Source: an uncultured Actinomycetota bacterium (GTDB lineage Bacteria; Actinomycetota; Acidimicrobiia; Spongiisociales; UBA5794). Taken from it: a stretch of 64,000 nucleotides of DNA. The notes beneath the pieces were generated by a model that was given only the letters and a program-made list of their open reading frames with translations, made no database searches and was not told where the DNA came from. Shown here in pieces: positions 11,170 to 20,581 of this stretch (position 1 is the stretch's first letter; every line of letters starts with the position of its first letter). Made by a program: the position numbers and the translations under genes. The DNA lies in the NCBI GenBank assembly GCA_963700375.1, contig CAVOXF010000006.1, forward strand, positions 348,021-412,020. Reading direction: 5' to 3'.

Positions 11170-12090
11170 TCATCGGCGTGGTTCGGTCTCCCAACGCCGC
11201 CCTGCGTCGTCGCTTCGCTCCTGGGCGTCACTCCGTCCTTCGGCCGAGGCGACGATTTCCCAACCTCGGTTGATCGGCGTCACGGCCCTCGCGGCGGTGG
11301 CGCCGGCCGGGACGGTGGCGAGGGCGTCTTCGGCTTCTTCCCGGGTCGGGAAGTAGGAGAATAGGGCGGCACCACTGCCGGTCATCGCGACGGGGAGGCC
11401 CCAGCGGTGCGACAGTTCGGCCCGCCACTCGTCGATCTCCGGAGCAATGGCGACCGCCGCCGGATAGAGGTCGTTGACCAGCGGGGCATGGTCACGCAGA
11501 GCGGGCGGCAGGTCGGCGCCGGCAATCCCCGGGCCATCGGGCCCGCCAAGGACATCCCATGACCGGAAGACCGCACCCGTGCGGAGGACGATCGGCGGAA
11601 CGACAACGGCGAGCGCGAATCCGACCGCGTCCGGCAGCGGGGCCACGAATTCGCCTCTCCCCGTGACGATTGCCGTACCCCCCACGACCGCGAACGGGAC
11701 ATCGGACCCGAGATCAGCGGCCAGTGTCCGGATGTCGTCGAAAGGGACTGAGAATCGCCGGGCCGCGAGGTTGAGGGCTGCTGCCGCGTCGGCGCTCCCC
11801 CCTCCGAGCCCGGCAGGCGACGGGATCTGCTTCGTCACGACCACGCGCGTCGGCGCTGGGTGCTTTCCGAGGCGACGTGCCTCCGTAACGGCTCGCCAAG
11901 CGAGGTTTGTCGTGTCCGCCGGCGCACCGCCGCCCGGCACTGCGATCGAGTCATCAGCGGCGTCCTCGACCATGATCTCGTCGTACCAATCGACGGTCTG
12001 GAACAAGCCGCGGAGGGGATGGAATCCATCCGCGTCGAGGGACCGGACGCGGAGGCTCAGGTTGACCTTTGCGTACGCCTTGGCTCTCAT
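11170..12090 (-). CDS. ispE: 4-diphosphocytidyl-2-C-methyl-D-erythritol kinase
   Basis: It has the GHMP kinase motif PSPAGLGGGSADAAAA and the N-terminus AKVNLSLRV. It overlaps the ksgA stop with ATGA. Confidence 0.85.
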   Translation of the reverse strand: MRAKAYAKVNLSLRVRSLDADGFHPLRGLFQTVDWYDEIMVEDAADDSIAVPGGGAPADTTNLAWRAVTEARRLGKHPAPTRVVVTKQIPSPAGLGGGSADAAAALNLAARRFSVPFDDIRTLAADLGSDVPFAVVGGTAIVTGRGEFVAPLPDAVGFALAVVVPPIVLRTGAVFRSWDVLGGPDGPGIAGADLPPALRDHAPLVNDLYPAAVAIAPEIDEWRAELSHRWGLPVAMTGSGAALFSYFPTREEAEDALATVPAGATAARAVTPINRGWEIVASAEGRSDAQERSDDAGRRWETEPRR

Positions 12091-12899
12091 CGACCGGCCT
12101 CCTCGGCGATCAGCAGGAACGCGTCGGGATCGAGGTCCTCCGCTCGAGAGGTCGGGTCGATGCCGCAGCGCTCGAGAGTGCCCGATGGATCCGATATCAC
12201 GCGGGCAAGGCTCCTCCGCAGCATCTTTCTACGCTGTCCGAATGCCGCGGTCGCGACCTCAACTGCGCGCTCTGCGGCTGCCGGAGCCGGATGGCGTGCC
12301 AATGCAACAACGGCAGATGAAACGGAAGGAGCCGGGTAGAAGACGGTGGGCGCCACGGCGAAGGCGATCGAGCCGCTGGCGTGGAGCGCGGTGACGATCG
12401 AAGGGATGCCGTAGATCCGTGATCCAGGATCGGCGAGGAGCCGCTCGGCGACCTCGCGCTGAACAAGCATTACGAACCGGTCGATGTTCGGTGCGAAGCG
12501 GAGGGCATCGAGGACGATCCCCGTGCCCACGTTGTACGGCAGGTTCGAGACGAACGACCACGTCCCGGGACCAAGGTCCCGGCCGAGGTCTACATCGCCG
12601 GCATCGGTGTGGCGAATCTCGACGTTCTCGAGGGCACCAACCGTATGGCGGAGCACACGCACGAGGCCCGAGTCGATCTCGTAGACGACAACATGGGCGC
12701 CGGTGGCCGCGAGGCCGACCGTCAGAGCCCCGGTCCCGCCTCCGATCTCGACCACGTTCGAGCCGGGATCGAGGTTCGCCAACCGAACGATACGTTGGAT
12801 CACGTTCGGGTCGGCGAGGAAGTTCTGCCCGTAGGCCTGGTTCGGGCGAATACCGTACTCGTCGAGGAGGCTGCGCACCCCCGCCCTCCCCTGCGGCAT
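12087..12899 (-). CDS. rsmA: 16S rRNA (adenine1518/1519-N6)-dimethyltransferase
   Basis: It has the KsgA motifs GQNFL and VVEIGGGTGALT. The start is at the internal ATG (MPQGRAG), giving about 270 aa. The long N-terminal ORF extension is R/S/P-rich junk. Confidence 0.85.
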   Translation of the reverse strand: MPQGRAGVRSLLDEYGIRPNQAYGQNFLADPNVIQRIVRLANLDPGSNVVEIGGGTGALTVGLAATGAHVVVYEIDSGLVRVLRHTVGALENVEIRHTDAGDVDLGRDLGPGTWSFVSNLPYNVGTGIVLDALRFAPNIDRFVMLVQREVAERLLADPGSRIYGIPSIVTALHASGSIAFAVAPTVFYPAPSVSSAVVALARHPAPAAAERAVEVATAAFGQRRKMLRRSLARVISDPSGTLERCGIDPTSRAEDLDPDAFLLIAEEAGR

Positions 12900-12903
12900 G
12901 GAA

Positions 12904-13665
12904 TCAGGCACGCGGCGAGCCGAAGACGCGGGCTGCGTTCTCGATCGTGAGGCGAGCGACTTCGTCTTCGGGCATGCCCCAGAGATCGGCGAGCGTCGCC
13001 CCGTTGAATCGTGTCCACTCCGGGCGGTTCGGCTCTCCGCGGTGGGGCTCCGGGGCAAGGTACGGGGTGTCGGTCTCGACGAGCGTGCGCTCCGGTGGGG
13101 CCTCTGACGCGCCGAGGCGCACCGTGTTCCCGGTCGTGTAGGTGACGGGACCGGCGAATGAGAACGTTGCTCCGAGATCACGGAAGCGCTTGGTCCATCG
13201 CGGACCACCGGTCCAACAATGGAGGACGGCCTTCTCGCCGAGGTCCGCCTCGCCAAGGATCTCATAGATGTCGGCGAACGAATCCCGCGTATGCACGATC
13301 ACGGGCTTGTCGAGGTCGGAAGCGAGCTGGACTTGGTCGCGGAACGCCGTCTTCTGGGCCTCCTTCGGCGAAAGATTGCGGTAGTAGTCGAGCCCAACCT
13401 CACCGATCGCGGTTGCTTCGAGCGCAAGCGCGGTAATTCGCAGCCGTTCCGCGTCCCACCGATCGGCGTCGTGGGGGTGGAGGCCGGCCGCCCACAGGAC
13501 CCGGTCGGGGCGGCTCATGGCGATCTGCCGCGCCTGAAGGCTGGTTTCGAGATCGACGCCGGGTATGAGCATCCACTCGATGCCCTCGGCAACCGCACGA
13601 TCCACGGCCGCAACTGGATCGTCGAGCATGAATGCATGACAGTGACTGTCGACCCAGGCAACCAT
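12904..13665 (-). CDS. tatD: TatD family metal-dependent DNase/hydrolase
   Basis: It has the WVDSHCH N-terminal motif and HTRD and HCWTG motifs. The start is at the internal ATG (MVAWVDSHCH). Confidence 0.8.
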   Translation of the reverse strand: MVAWVDSHCHAFMLDDPVAAVDRAVAEGIEWMLIPGVDLETSLQARQIAMSRPDRVLWAAGLHPHDADRWDAERLRITALALEATAIGEVGLDYYRNLSPKEAQKTAFRDQVQLASDLDKPVIVHTRDSFADIYEILGEADLGEKAVLHCWTGGPRWTKRFRDLGATFSFAGPVTYTTGNTVRLGASEAPPERTLVETDTPYLAPEPHRGEPNRPEWTRFNGATLADLWGMPEDEVARLTIENAARVFGSPRA

Positions 13666-13672
13666 CAATCCC

Positions 13673-15334
13673 TCACTCGTCTTCGTCGAAGGGCTCCATC
13701 TTGGTGTAGAGCGGTCCCAACTCACCGAGTCGTGTCCCTGCCGGTACCGACGGCCGTACCCACGTCGGGCCGTACTCACCGAGTTCGACGGAAAGCGCCT
13801 CGAGCAGTTGCACCGAGGTGAACGGCAGGTACGGGTACAAGGCTACCGCGATCCCTGCAACGGCTTCGATGGCAACGGAGAGGGTCGTCCCGGTCCGGAC
13901 GAGGTCGGTCTTCGCCGTCTTCCACGGCTCACGGTCGTTGAGATAGACGTTCACGGTCTGCGCACCGGCCATCGCTCGCTGGAGACCGCTCCGGAGTCGC
14001 ACTTCGGAGATCTGACCGCCGACCTCGGCGAGCGTCGCGTCGACGGAGGCGAGCAACGCCTCGTCCTCGGCGTCGAGATCCACCGTTTCCTGGATCACAC
14101 CGTCGAAGTAGCGTCCGGTCATGGCCACCACGCGGTTGACGAGGTTGCCCCAGGTCGCGACCAGTTCGTCGTTCACACGACGAATCATGCCCTCGTCGGA
14201 GATGTCGGTGTCGTTGGTCTCGGGGAAGCTGATGGCGACGGCATAGCGAAGCGCGTCCGGCTCGAAGTGATCGATGTACCACGAGATCGAACGCCCGACG
14301 CCACGGCTCGCAGACCCCTTCTCTCCCCGGAAGGTGATGAATTGATTGGCCGGCACATCGGTCGGAAGGTTCAACCCACCGTATCCGAGCAGCAACGCCG
14401 GCCAGTACACGGCATGGAACGGGATGTTGTCCTTGCCGATGAAGTAGTAGCTCTCGGCGTCCGGGTTTTCCCACCAGTCTCGCCACGCTTCCGGCTCGCC
14501 GCGAAGCCGAGCCCACTCCTTGGTCGCCGAGAGGTACCCCATGACGGCTTCCCACCACACGTAGATCGACTTGCCGTCGCCGAGGTCGTCCACCGGCAGC
14601 GGGACCCCCCACTCGAGGTCCCGGGTGAACGCCCGATCGTGCAGTCCGTCGTCGACCATCCCGATCGCGAAGTTGATGACATGGGGCCGCCATCCCTCCC
14701 GGGTGCGAAGCCATTCGAGGAGCGGTTCCTGGAATTCCGAGAGCTTCCAGTAGAAGTGCTCGGTCTCGTGGAGCACCGGCACGGTCGTTGACAACTTGGA
14801 TCGGGGATCGATGAGGTCGATCGGGTCGAGCGTCCGGCCGCAATCGTCGCACTGGTCGCCTCGAGCATCACCGTATCCGCAGTGGGGACAGGTTCCTTCG
14901 ACATACCGATCGGGTAGGAAACGGCCGACCTCCTCATCGAAGAACTGCTCGGTGGTCTTGCGATAGAGGTAGCCGTTCTCGAGCAACCTCATGAAGAAGT
15001 CTTGAGCGACCTCGCGGTGAGTGTCGGTCCCCGTTGTGGTGTACAGGTCGTAGGTGAAGCCGAGGTCTTTCCAGTTCTGGGCGATCTCGCTGTGGTAGCG
15101 GTCGACGATCTCGGCGGGACTGACGCCCTCGTCATCCGCCCGTACGGTGATCGGTGTGCCGTGAACATCGCTGCCGGAGACCATGAGGACATGGTTGCCG
15201 ATGGCCCGCTGGTAGCGAGCGAACACGTCGGGAGGGAGGTAGGCGCCACCGAGGTGGCCGAGGTGGCGTGAACCACTGGCGTACGGCCATGCAACGGCAA
15301 CGAGAACGTTCTTCGGTGGTTGGGTGTCAATCAC
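13673..15334 (-). CDS. metG: Methionyl-tRNA synthetase
   Basis: It is a class I aaRS (PYASGSRHLGH HIGH motif; KMSKS-like region). The start is probably the GTG at 15334 (VIDTQPPKNVLV). The ORF is open up to 15457. Confidence 0.85.
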   Translation of the reverse strand: MIDTQPPKNVLVAVAWPYASGSRHLGHLGGAYLPPDVFARYQRAIGNHVLMVSGSDVHGTPITVRADDEGVSPAEIVDRYHSEIAQNWKDLGFTYDLYTTTGTDTHREVAQDFFMRLLENGYLYRKTTEQFFDEEVGRFLPDRYVEGTCPHCGYGDARGDQCDDCGRTLDPIDLIDPRSKLSTTVPVLHETEHFYWKLSEFQEPLLEWLRTREGWRPHVINFAIGMVDDGLHDRAFTRDLEWGVPLPVDDLGDGKSIYVWWEAVMGYLSATKEWARLRGEPEAWRDWWENPDAESYYFIGKDNIPFHAVYWPALLLGYGGLNLPTDVPANQFITFRGEKGSASRGVGRSISWYIDHFEPDALRYAVAISFPETNDTDISDEGMIRRVNDELVATWGNLVNRVVAMTGRYFDGVIQETVDLDAEDEALLASVDATLAEVGGQISEVRLRSGLQRAMAGAQTVNVYLNDREPWKTAKTDLVRTGTTLSVAIEAVAGIAVALYPYLPFTSVQLLEALSVELGEYGPTWVRPSVPAGTRLGELGPLYTKMEPFDEDE

Positions 15335-15459
15335 GGTGGTGCGATGGTAGCGGTGTGGCCCGATCTGGGGCGCGGAGCGAACGCCCAATCCGGCACGGTC
15401 CACCGGTACAATCGCCTCAGGAAGACTGATCGGCTCCGACCGTTGATGGAGGTTCACCG

Positions 15460-15699
15460 TTGGATACCGTGATGGTTCGCAAAATCGACGACCTCGGACG
15501 CATCGTGGTGCCGGCGGAGACGCGACGTCTCTTCAACATCCATGAAGGGGACGAACTCGAGATCGGTGTTGAGAACGACGCGATCGTGATTCGCAAACTC
15601 GAGGCGACCTGCGTGTTCTGCGGTTCGGCCGAGAACATCGTGGCGTTCAAGGGTCGCGGCGTGTGTTCGGAATGCCGCCGCTCCCTGACCGCCGACTAG
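15460..15699 (+). CDS. AbrB/MazE/SpoVT-type DNA-binding domain protein with a C-terminal CxxC...CxxC zinc ribbon
   Basis: It has VRKIDDLGRIVVPAETRRLFNIHEGDELEI (a swapped-hairpin AbrB domain) followed by CVFCGS...CSEC. A GGAGG sequence lies 9 nt upstream of the TTG start. An alternative ATG at 15471 would give MVRKIDD. Confidence 0.6.
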   Translation: MDTVMVRKIDDLGRIVVPAETRRLFNIHEGDELEIGVENDAIVIRKLEATCVFCGSAENIVAFKGRGVCSECRRSLTAD

Positions 15700-16528
15700 C
15701 GGCCCTGGATTCGAGCGCCGCTTCGTAGAGCGCACGGCGTGACACTCCAGTCTCGGCTGCGACGTCGCGTGCCGCATTCGAGAGTCGCTCCCCCGCCGAC
15801 ATGCGGTCTTCCAGCAGCATCAGGGCGGCCGCGAGGTCCGGAGGTTCTTCCGCCTTCCCCTCCACCACCAGGGTGAACTCGCCACGCGGCTCGACGTCAG
15901 AGGTCCAATGATGGACGGCCTCTTCGAGCGTCCCGGTCCAGATCTCCTCGTGGAGTTTCGTGATCTCTCTGGCAACCACGACGATCCTGCCGGGGCCCGC
16001 TCGCGCTGCCAGAGCGCTGAGATCCTTCACCACGCGGCTCGGGGCTGAGAAGAGGACAACCGGTCGCTCATCAGCCGCGACCACGGCGATGCGCCGCTCC
16101 CGATCCTCCCCGCCGCGCGGTAGGAAGCCCTCGAAGACGAACCGGTCGCCGCCGAGGCCGGCGACCGCGATAGCCGCGGTGACGGCACTCGGACCGGGAA
16201 CGACGGAGACAACAGCGCCAACAGATCGCGCGGCGCGTACCGCGGCGACGCCGGGGTCCGATACGGCCGGCATCCCGGCATCGGTGACGAGGGCGATCGT
16301 CCTTCCCTCTTCGAGCAACGACCGGATCTCGATCGAACGCTCCTGCTCATTGCCGACGAAGAACGATCTCATCTCAGCTTCGACGCCCAGTCGTTCGAGG
16401 AGCTTGCCGGTTCGACGCGTGTCCTCGGCGAACACAACCGAAGCGTCCGCGAGCGTCTGTTTGAGGCGCGGCGAAGCGTCGTCGAGGTTCCCGATCGGGG
16501 TGGCGCAGACAACAAGGCGGCCGGTCAT
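15647..16528 (-). CDS. rsmI: 16S rRNA 2'-O-ribose C1402 methyltransferase (tetrapyrrole methylase family)
   Basis: Its N-terminus is MTGRLVVCATPIGNLDDAS followed by SAVTAAIAVAGL. The start at 16528 overlaps the stop of the upstream DUF192 ORF with ATGA. Its 3' end overlaps the convergent AbrB-like ORF by about 53 nt. Confidence 0.85.
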   Translation of the reverse strand: MTGRLVVCATPIGNLDDASPRLKQTLADASVVFAEDTRRTGKLLERLGVEAEMRSFFVGNEQERSIEIRSLLEEGRTIALVTDAGMPAVSDPGVAAVRAARSVGAVVSVVPGPSAVTAAIAVAGLGGDRFVFEGFLPRGGEDRERRIAVVAADERPVVLFSAPSRVVKDLSALAARAGPGRIVVVAREITKLHEEIWTGTLEEAVHHWTSDVEPRGEFTLVVEGKAEEPPDLAAALMLLEDRMSAGERLSNAARDVAAETGVSRRALYEAALESRAASRRSGSGGIPNTRRDP

Positions 16529-16860
16529 TCGTCTGGAGATGGTAGGACGATGAGCGATGCCCCGGTGTCCGGTCCGCGTTCGACGATGGGCAACTCGAGG
16601 ATCCAGTCGCCGCGCGATGTGACGCGACGGCCGGGCATGAGGATGTCCTGGTGGACCACCGATCCGTCGCGGTCCAAGTGAACGATGCGGAGAGGACCCA
16701 CCCGGCCTCTCGAATACACCGAACCGGCACGCAGCAGCAGACCGCCCCCTGGATTGGCGCGGATCCCGACCAGTCGACCGGTGAACGACGTCGCAACGAC
16801 GACAGGCGGCGATCGCCAGGATCCCGCCGCCACAGTCACCAACCGCCCGGACCGGTACAC
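16525..16860 (-). CDS. DUF192/UPF0127 family protein
   Basis: The PLRIVHLDRDGSVVHQDILMPG...WILELPIVERG region matches the DUF192 pattern (PLDiiFld.dGrVv...yvLEl.aG). GC3 in the core is about 80%. A GTG start at 16860 is chosen. The longer form (to 17043) would overlap the bL37-like ORF on the opposite strand. Confidence 0.5.
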   Translation of the reverse strand: MYRSGRLVTVAAGSWRSPPVVVATSFTGRLVGIRANPGGGLLLRAGSVYSRGRVGPLRIVHLDRDGSVVHQDILMPGRRVTSRGDWILELPIVERGPDTGASLIVLPSPDE

Positions 16861-16888
16861 GCCATGCCCTGGTACGCTGCCGCCCACT

Positions 16889-16972
16889 ATGGCAAAGGCA
16901 AAGCGACGCAAGCTCCGCGCTCGCCGCAGCAAGGCGAACCACGGCCGCAAGCCGAACGCCGGCCGCGGCTGA
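16889..16972 (+). CDS. Candidate ribosomal micro-protein bL37-like (27 aa, highly basic)
   Basis: The ORF encodes MAKAKRRKLRARRSKANHGRKPNAGRG with GC3 of about 85%. It resembles the about-24-aa actinobacterial bL37 peptide, which I recall as MAK(R/G)..KK(R)DRKHSKANHGKRPNA. It is not in the ORF track as a separate ORF because it is embedded in the 95-aa ORF 16685..16972. Confidence 0.45.
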   Translation: MAKAKRRKLRARRSKANHGRKPNAGRG

Positions 16973-17126
16973 CCACAACCAGCCGTCCTCCGCTTCGATC
17001 CCCCGAACCGGCCCCGGTGCCTTTCGCGCGTCATGATTGACACCGTAGGGAGTCCCTCAACGCCGGGATAGAGGGTCGCCAGTCGTTAGTCGCCCGGACG
17101 ATGAGGTCTGGAGCGACGGTGTCCGC

Positions 17127-18509
17127 TCAGATCCCCAGTTGCCGTCTGATCTCTTCGCCGGCTGCTTTGTCGGTGGAGGCGATCCAGTAGATGCCGTCGT
17201 CGATCCGGTCGAGGAACGAGTAGACATCGCCCTGGCGGTACAAGAGACCTCCTGCCGACTCCTCCGCCGGTCCGGCATCCATGTCGTCGCGGATGTGCGC
17301 AATGAGCGCGTTGGCGAGTTCTTCGGCGTCCCGCTCGGAATCCCCGACGTATGACATCACCATCGCAAGGTCATCGCCCCGGGTGAACACCCGATAGACG
17401 TCGTTCCCCCACCCCGCCGCCGCCTGCGTGATCTCTCCCGGAGAGCCCGCACCGTCGAGAACGAGACGAAGACCCCACTCTCCGAACGTCGCCTCGTCGT
17501 AGAGATCCCAACCGTCCAACTCGACGGTGAGCGGAGCGAGGTCGCGAGGAAGTTCGTTGCGGGTATAGCGCGCCGGGTCAAGGATCTGCTCAGTGGTCTG
17601 TGGAGGGCTCTGGTACGCCTCATCGACCGCGGCAAGTCCCCCGGTTGAGGAGAGAGCGTCCACGAACACGAGGCCCTGGTCGTAGGGGAAGGTGAGATCT
17701 GCCTGGATCCAGCCCGGGACCGAATCGAGGACCGACGAATCGTACGACAGCGCTTCGGTTGCCGCTTGGACCGCCTCGGCCGGACTCATCCCCTCCATGT
17801 AGACGAACTGCGACCGAGTGGCATCACCCTCGATGAGCGCCTGGAACGCCGAAAGATCGTCACCGTTGCCACCGTCGATGAGCAGCTCGAAGCCGTCGTT
17901 GAAATCGAAGTGCTGGTCGGTGAGGGCGTGCACGAGCTCATGGAGGACCGTGATCTGCTGAAGTGGAGTGAAGCCATCCGGGGCGGCGGGCACGACCATC
18001 TCCTCGGCATCGCCGTCATAGAAGCCTGCGACTTGTTCGGTGTAGAGATCGATCAGCAGCTTGTAGAGGTCGGTTCCGGGTTCGAGCATTCCGAGCATGG
18101 AGAAGAAGTCACTGTCGACGGCGAGTTCCTCTTGATCCAGATCGTCCGCCACCACGTCCGACACGCGCTGTGAGAACTCGGCAGCGTCCAGGATGACGAC
18201 CGTCGGCGTTGCGATGAACGGCAAACCTCGCACCTGTTCGGCCTCGACCATCAAGGCTGCCAACTCCGACCGCATCTCTTCGACGACGGCGGGATCGATC
18301 GACTCCGAAGCCGTTCCCGGCACGGAAATGGTGGTCTGCGGGATCGACGTCGCCGTGGTGGTCGTGGAGTCGTCTGCGGCTTCGATCGTGGTCGTAGGTT
18401 CGCCGGCGGTGGTCGATATCGGGTCCGCATCGGGGCTGCAGGCGGACGCGATCAGGCTGAGGACGACGACGAGTCCCAGCAGCAGTCGGGAGCTGTATAT
18501 GCGGTGCAC
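17127..18509 (-). CDS. Secreted lipoprotein with HExxH zinc-metallopeptidase motif
   Basis: It has a signal peptide plus lipobox (LSLIASAC), a T/S-rich linker and a VLHELVHAL HExxH motif. The family is unassigned. Confidence 0.65.
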   Translation of the reverse strand: MHRIYSSRLLLGLVVVLSLIASACSPDADPISTTAGEPTTTIEAADDSTTTTATSIPQTTISVPGTASESIDPAVVEEMRSELAALMVEAEQVRGLPFIATPTVVILDAAEFSQRVSDVVADDLDQEELAVDSDFFSMLGMLEPGTDLYKLLIDLYTEQVAGFYDGDAEEMVVPAAPDGFTPLQQITVLHELVHALTDQHFDFNDGFELLIDGGNGDDLSAFQALIEGDATRSQFVYMEGMSPAEAVQAATEALSYDSSVLDSVPGWIQADLTFPYDQGLVFVDALSSTGGLAAVDEAYQSPPQTTEQILDPARYTRNELPRDLAPLTVELDGWDLYDEATFGEWGLRLVLDGAGSPGEITQAAAGWGNDVYRVFTRGDDLAMVMSYVGDSERDAEELANALIAHIRDDMDAGPAEESAGGLLYRQGDVYSFLDRIDDGIYWIASTDKAAGEEIRRQLGI

Positions 18510-18547
18510 GGCCGAGAGGCTACCGCTCCCTCCGCCAAACGCGGGGC

Positions 18548-19780
18548 TCAGCCCTCCTTGATCTTGTCGCCCTTGCCGATTACGACGAGTCCGGTTTCGG
18601 TGACGGTGAATCGTTCGCGGTCGGCAGCCTCGTCGACACCGATCTGGAATCCCTCCGGGATCACTACGTTCTTGTCGATGATCGCCCGGCGAACGACCGC
18701 GCCGCGGCCGATGACGACGCCGTGAAGGATCAGCGAATCCTCGACCGTCGCGTACGAATGCAGCCGCACGTCCGAGGAGATGATCGACCGGCGCGCCGTG
18801 CCGCCGGAGATCACGACGCCGGCACCGACGATCGACTCATACGCCGCGCCACGCCGATCGTCGAGGTCGAATACGAGCTTGGCGGGAGGAAGCGGCGGGC
18901 GGTGCGTCAGGATCGGCCACTTCTTGTTGTAGTACGAGAAGATCGGATCGACCCTGATCGTGTCCATGTTCGCCTGGAAGTACGCATCGAGCGTCCCCAC
19001 GTCACGCCAGTAGCCATGCTCTCTCTCGGTCTGGCCGGGCACGATGTTCTCGTTGAAGTCGTAGACACAGGCGGTGCCCTGCTCCACGAACGCCGGGATG
19101 ATGTTCCCGCCCATGTCGTGTTTCGACTCGTCGTTCTCGGCGTCGCCTTTGATGACTCTCCGAAGGGCCTTGGTCTCGAATACGTAGTTGCCCATCGACG
19201 CGAAAGCCCATTCCGGCTCACCGGGGATCGGCTTGGGATGCTCAGGCTTCTCGATGAACGAGACGATCTTGCCGTGCTCGTCAGCCTCGATGATCCCGAA
19301 ATCGGAGGCCTGATCGATCGGGACCCGAATCCCGGCGACCGTCGCAGAAGCACCGGACTCCACGTGTTGATTGACCATTTGACGCGGGTCCATCCGGTAG
19401 ATGTGATCGGCGCCGAACACGATTACATGATCCGGTTGCTCGTCGGTGAGGATGTTGAAGTTCTGGTAGATGGCATCCGCCGAACCGGAGAACCAGTGGG
19501 GGCCGCGTCGCATCTGCGCGGGAACGGGCGTCACATAGTTGCCGAGCATGTTGCTCATCGACCAACCGAGTGCAAGGTGCCGGTCGAGGCTGTGGCTCTT
19601 GTACTGAGTCAGAACGGCGATCTTCCGGTAGCCGCCGTTGACGAGATTGGAGAGGACGAAGTCGATCAGCCGGTAGATCCCGCCGAATGGAACTGCGGGT
19701 TTCGATCGATCCCGTGTGAGCGGCCAGAGCCGTTTTCCCTCACCACCTGCGAGGACGAGCGCGATGACCTTTGGTTCCAT
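18548..19780 (-). CDS. glgC: Glucose-1-phosphate adenylyltransferase
   Basis: It has the N-terminal nucleotidyltransferase motif [13 protein letters not shown] and C-terminal hexapeptide repeats. The start is at the internal ATG (MEPKVIAL), giving about 410 aa. Confidence 0.9.
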   Translation of the reverse strand: MEPKVIALVLAGGEGKRLWPLTRDRSKPAVPFGGIYRLIDFVLSNLVNGGYRKIAVLTQYKSHSLDRHLALGWSMSNMLGNYVTPVPAQMRRGPHWFSGSADAIYQNFNILTDEQPDHVIVFGADHIYRMDPRQMVNQHVESGASATVAGIRVPIDQASDFGIIEADEHGKIVSFIEKPEHPKPIPGEPEWAFASMGNYVFETKALRRVIKGDAENDESKHDMGGNIIPAFVEQGTACVYDFNENIVPGQTEREHGYWRDVGTLDAYFQANMDTIRVDPIFSYYNKKWPILTHRPPLPPAKLVFDLDDRRGAAYESIVGAGVVISGGTARRSIISSDVRLHSYATVEDSLILHGVVIGRGAVVRRAIIDKNVVIPEGFQIGVDEAADRERFTVTETGLVVIGKGDKIKEG

Positions 19781-19790
19781 GAAGGACAAG

Positions 19791-20492
19791 TTAGTCGTCT
19801 CGGGGCGCGCCTTGGTGCCCGGTGAAGAGGCGACCGCCGGAGTACAGCGAAACGAGTCGCGCGACCACCACGACGAGGTAGACCTGACCGACGACGGCTT
19901 CCCCCGCCGCCGCGGCCCTACCGACGACACCGACCGGGTAGAAATCCCCGTAACCGAGCGACGTAATCGTCACGAAGCTGAAGTAGGTGAACACGGTTGT
20001 CGGCTCGGTGGCACCGAAGAAGCGCCCCGATCCGGACAGGAACGTGTCGATGAACAGGAAGAGGTCCGTTGCAGCGATGCCCAGCAAGATGAAGACGCTG
20101 AGGGCACCCAGAATCGTCTCGTAGGTCACCCTGCTGTGCTCCATCAGGCGCCGTAAAGCGATGACCGGCGCCGCCAGCACGAGCAGCAGCCACGCCAGGC
20201 CAGCGAAGCCGTACTGGGTGGGTGTGAGCACCATCGAGAGCACACCGGTCAGAACGCCGATCGCGCCGATGATCAGCACAACACGCCGTCCTCGTCGCCC
20301 GACACCTGCGGCGGTCACGGCCAGGAACAGCATCGCTGCGGTGAGCAGGGTGACCGTCACGGACAGAATCTCGGCCCATCCCTCCTGGTCGAGGTCAACG
20401 AGGAGGAGCAGTCCTGCGGTCGCCACCGTGACATAGAAGAGCAGGTCGAACCGGTCGTACAGCCTCGCCAGAGGGTCGTTCCTCGTCTTCAT
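19791..20492 (-). CDS. Two-TM potassium channel (Ion_trans_2)
   Basis: It has the selectivity-filter signature TITSLGYGD flanked by transmembrane helices. Confidence 0.7.
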   Translation of the reverse strand: MKTRNDPLARLYDRFDLLFYVTVATAGLLLLVDLDQEGWAEILSVTVTLLTAAMLFLAVTAAGVGRRGRRVVLIIGAIGVLTGVLSMVLTPTQYGFAGLAWLLLVLAAPVIALRRLMEHSRVTYETILGALSVFILLGIAATDLFLFIDTFLSGSGRFFGATEPTTVFTYFSFVTITSLGYGDFYPVGVVGRAAAAGEAVVGQVYLVVVVARLVSLYSGGRLFTGHQGAPRDD

Positions 20493-20581
20493 GTCGTGGA
20501 GGGTAGACGAACGGACTTCGATGCAAGGAACCGCAAACCCCGCTGACGCTCCGGGGGCCAACGCCGCGGTGGCAACGGCGG

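Noticed and set aside
12900-13265. A 122-aa N-terminal extension of ksgA, with analogous extensions for rsmI (16529..16978), moeA (33979..34362), plsY (34578..34772), the TPP enzyme (37858..38367) and rplY (8131..8196)
   Set aside because: The extensions are S/R/P-rich, unconserved, and overlap the upstream gene. Internal starts give canonical protein lengths and stop-start coupling.
16861-17043. Long (172-aa) form of the DUF192 ORF starting at 17043
   Set aside because: Its first 60 residues are the exact antisense of the bL37-like peptide ORF and are not signal-peptide-like. A GTG start at 16860 gives a normal-length DUF192 protein. The choice remains uncertain.
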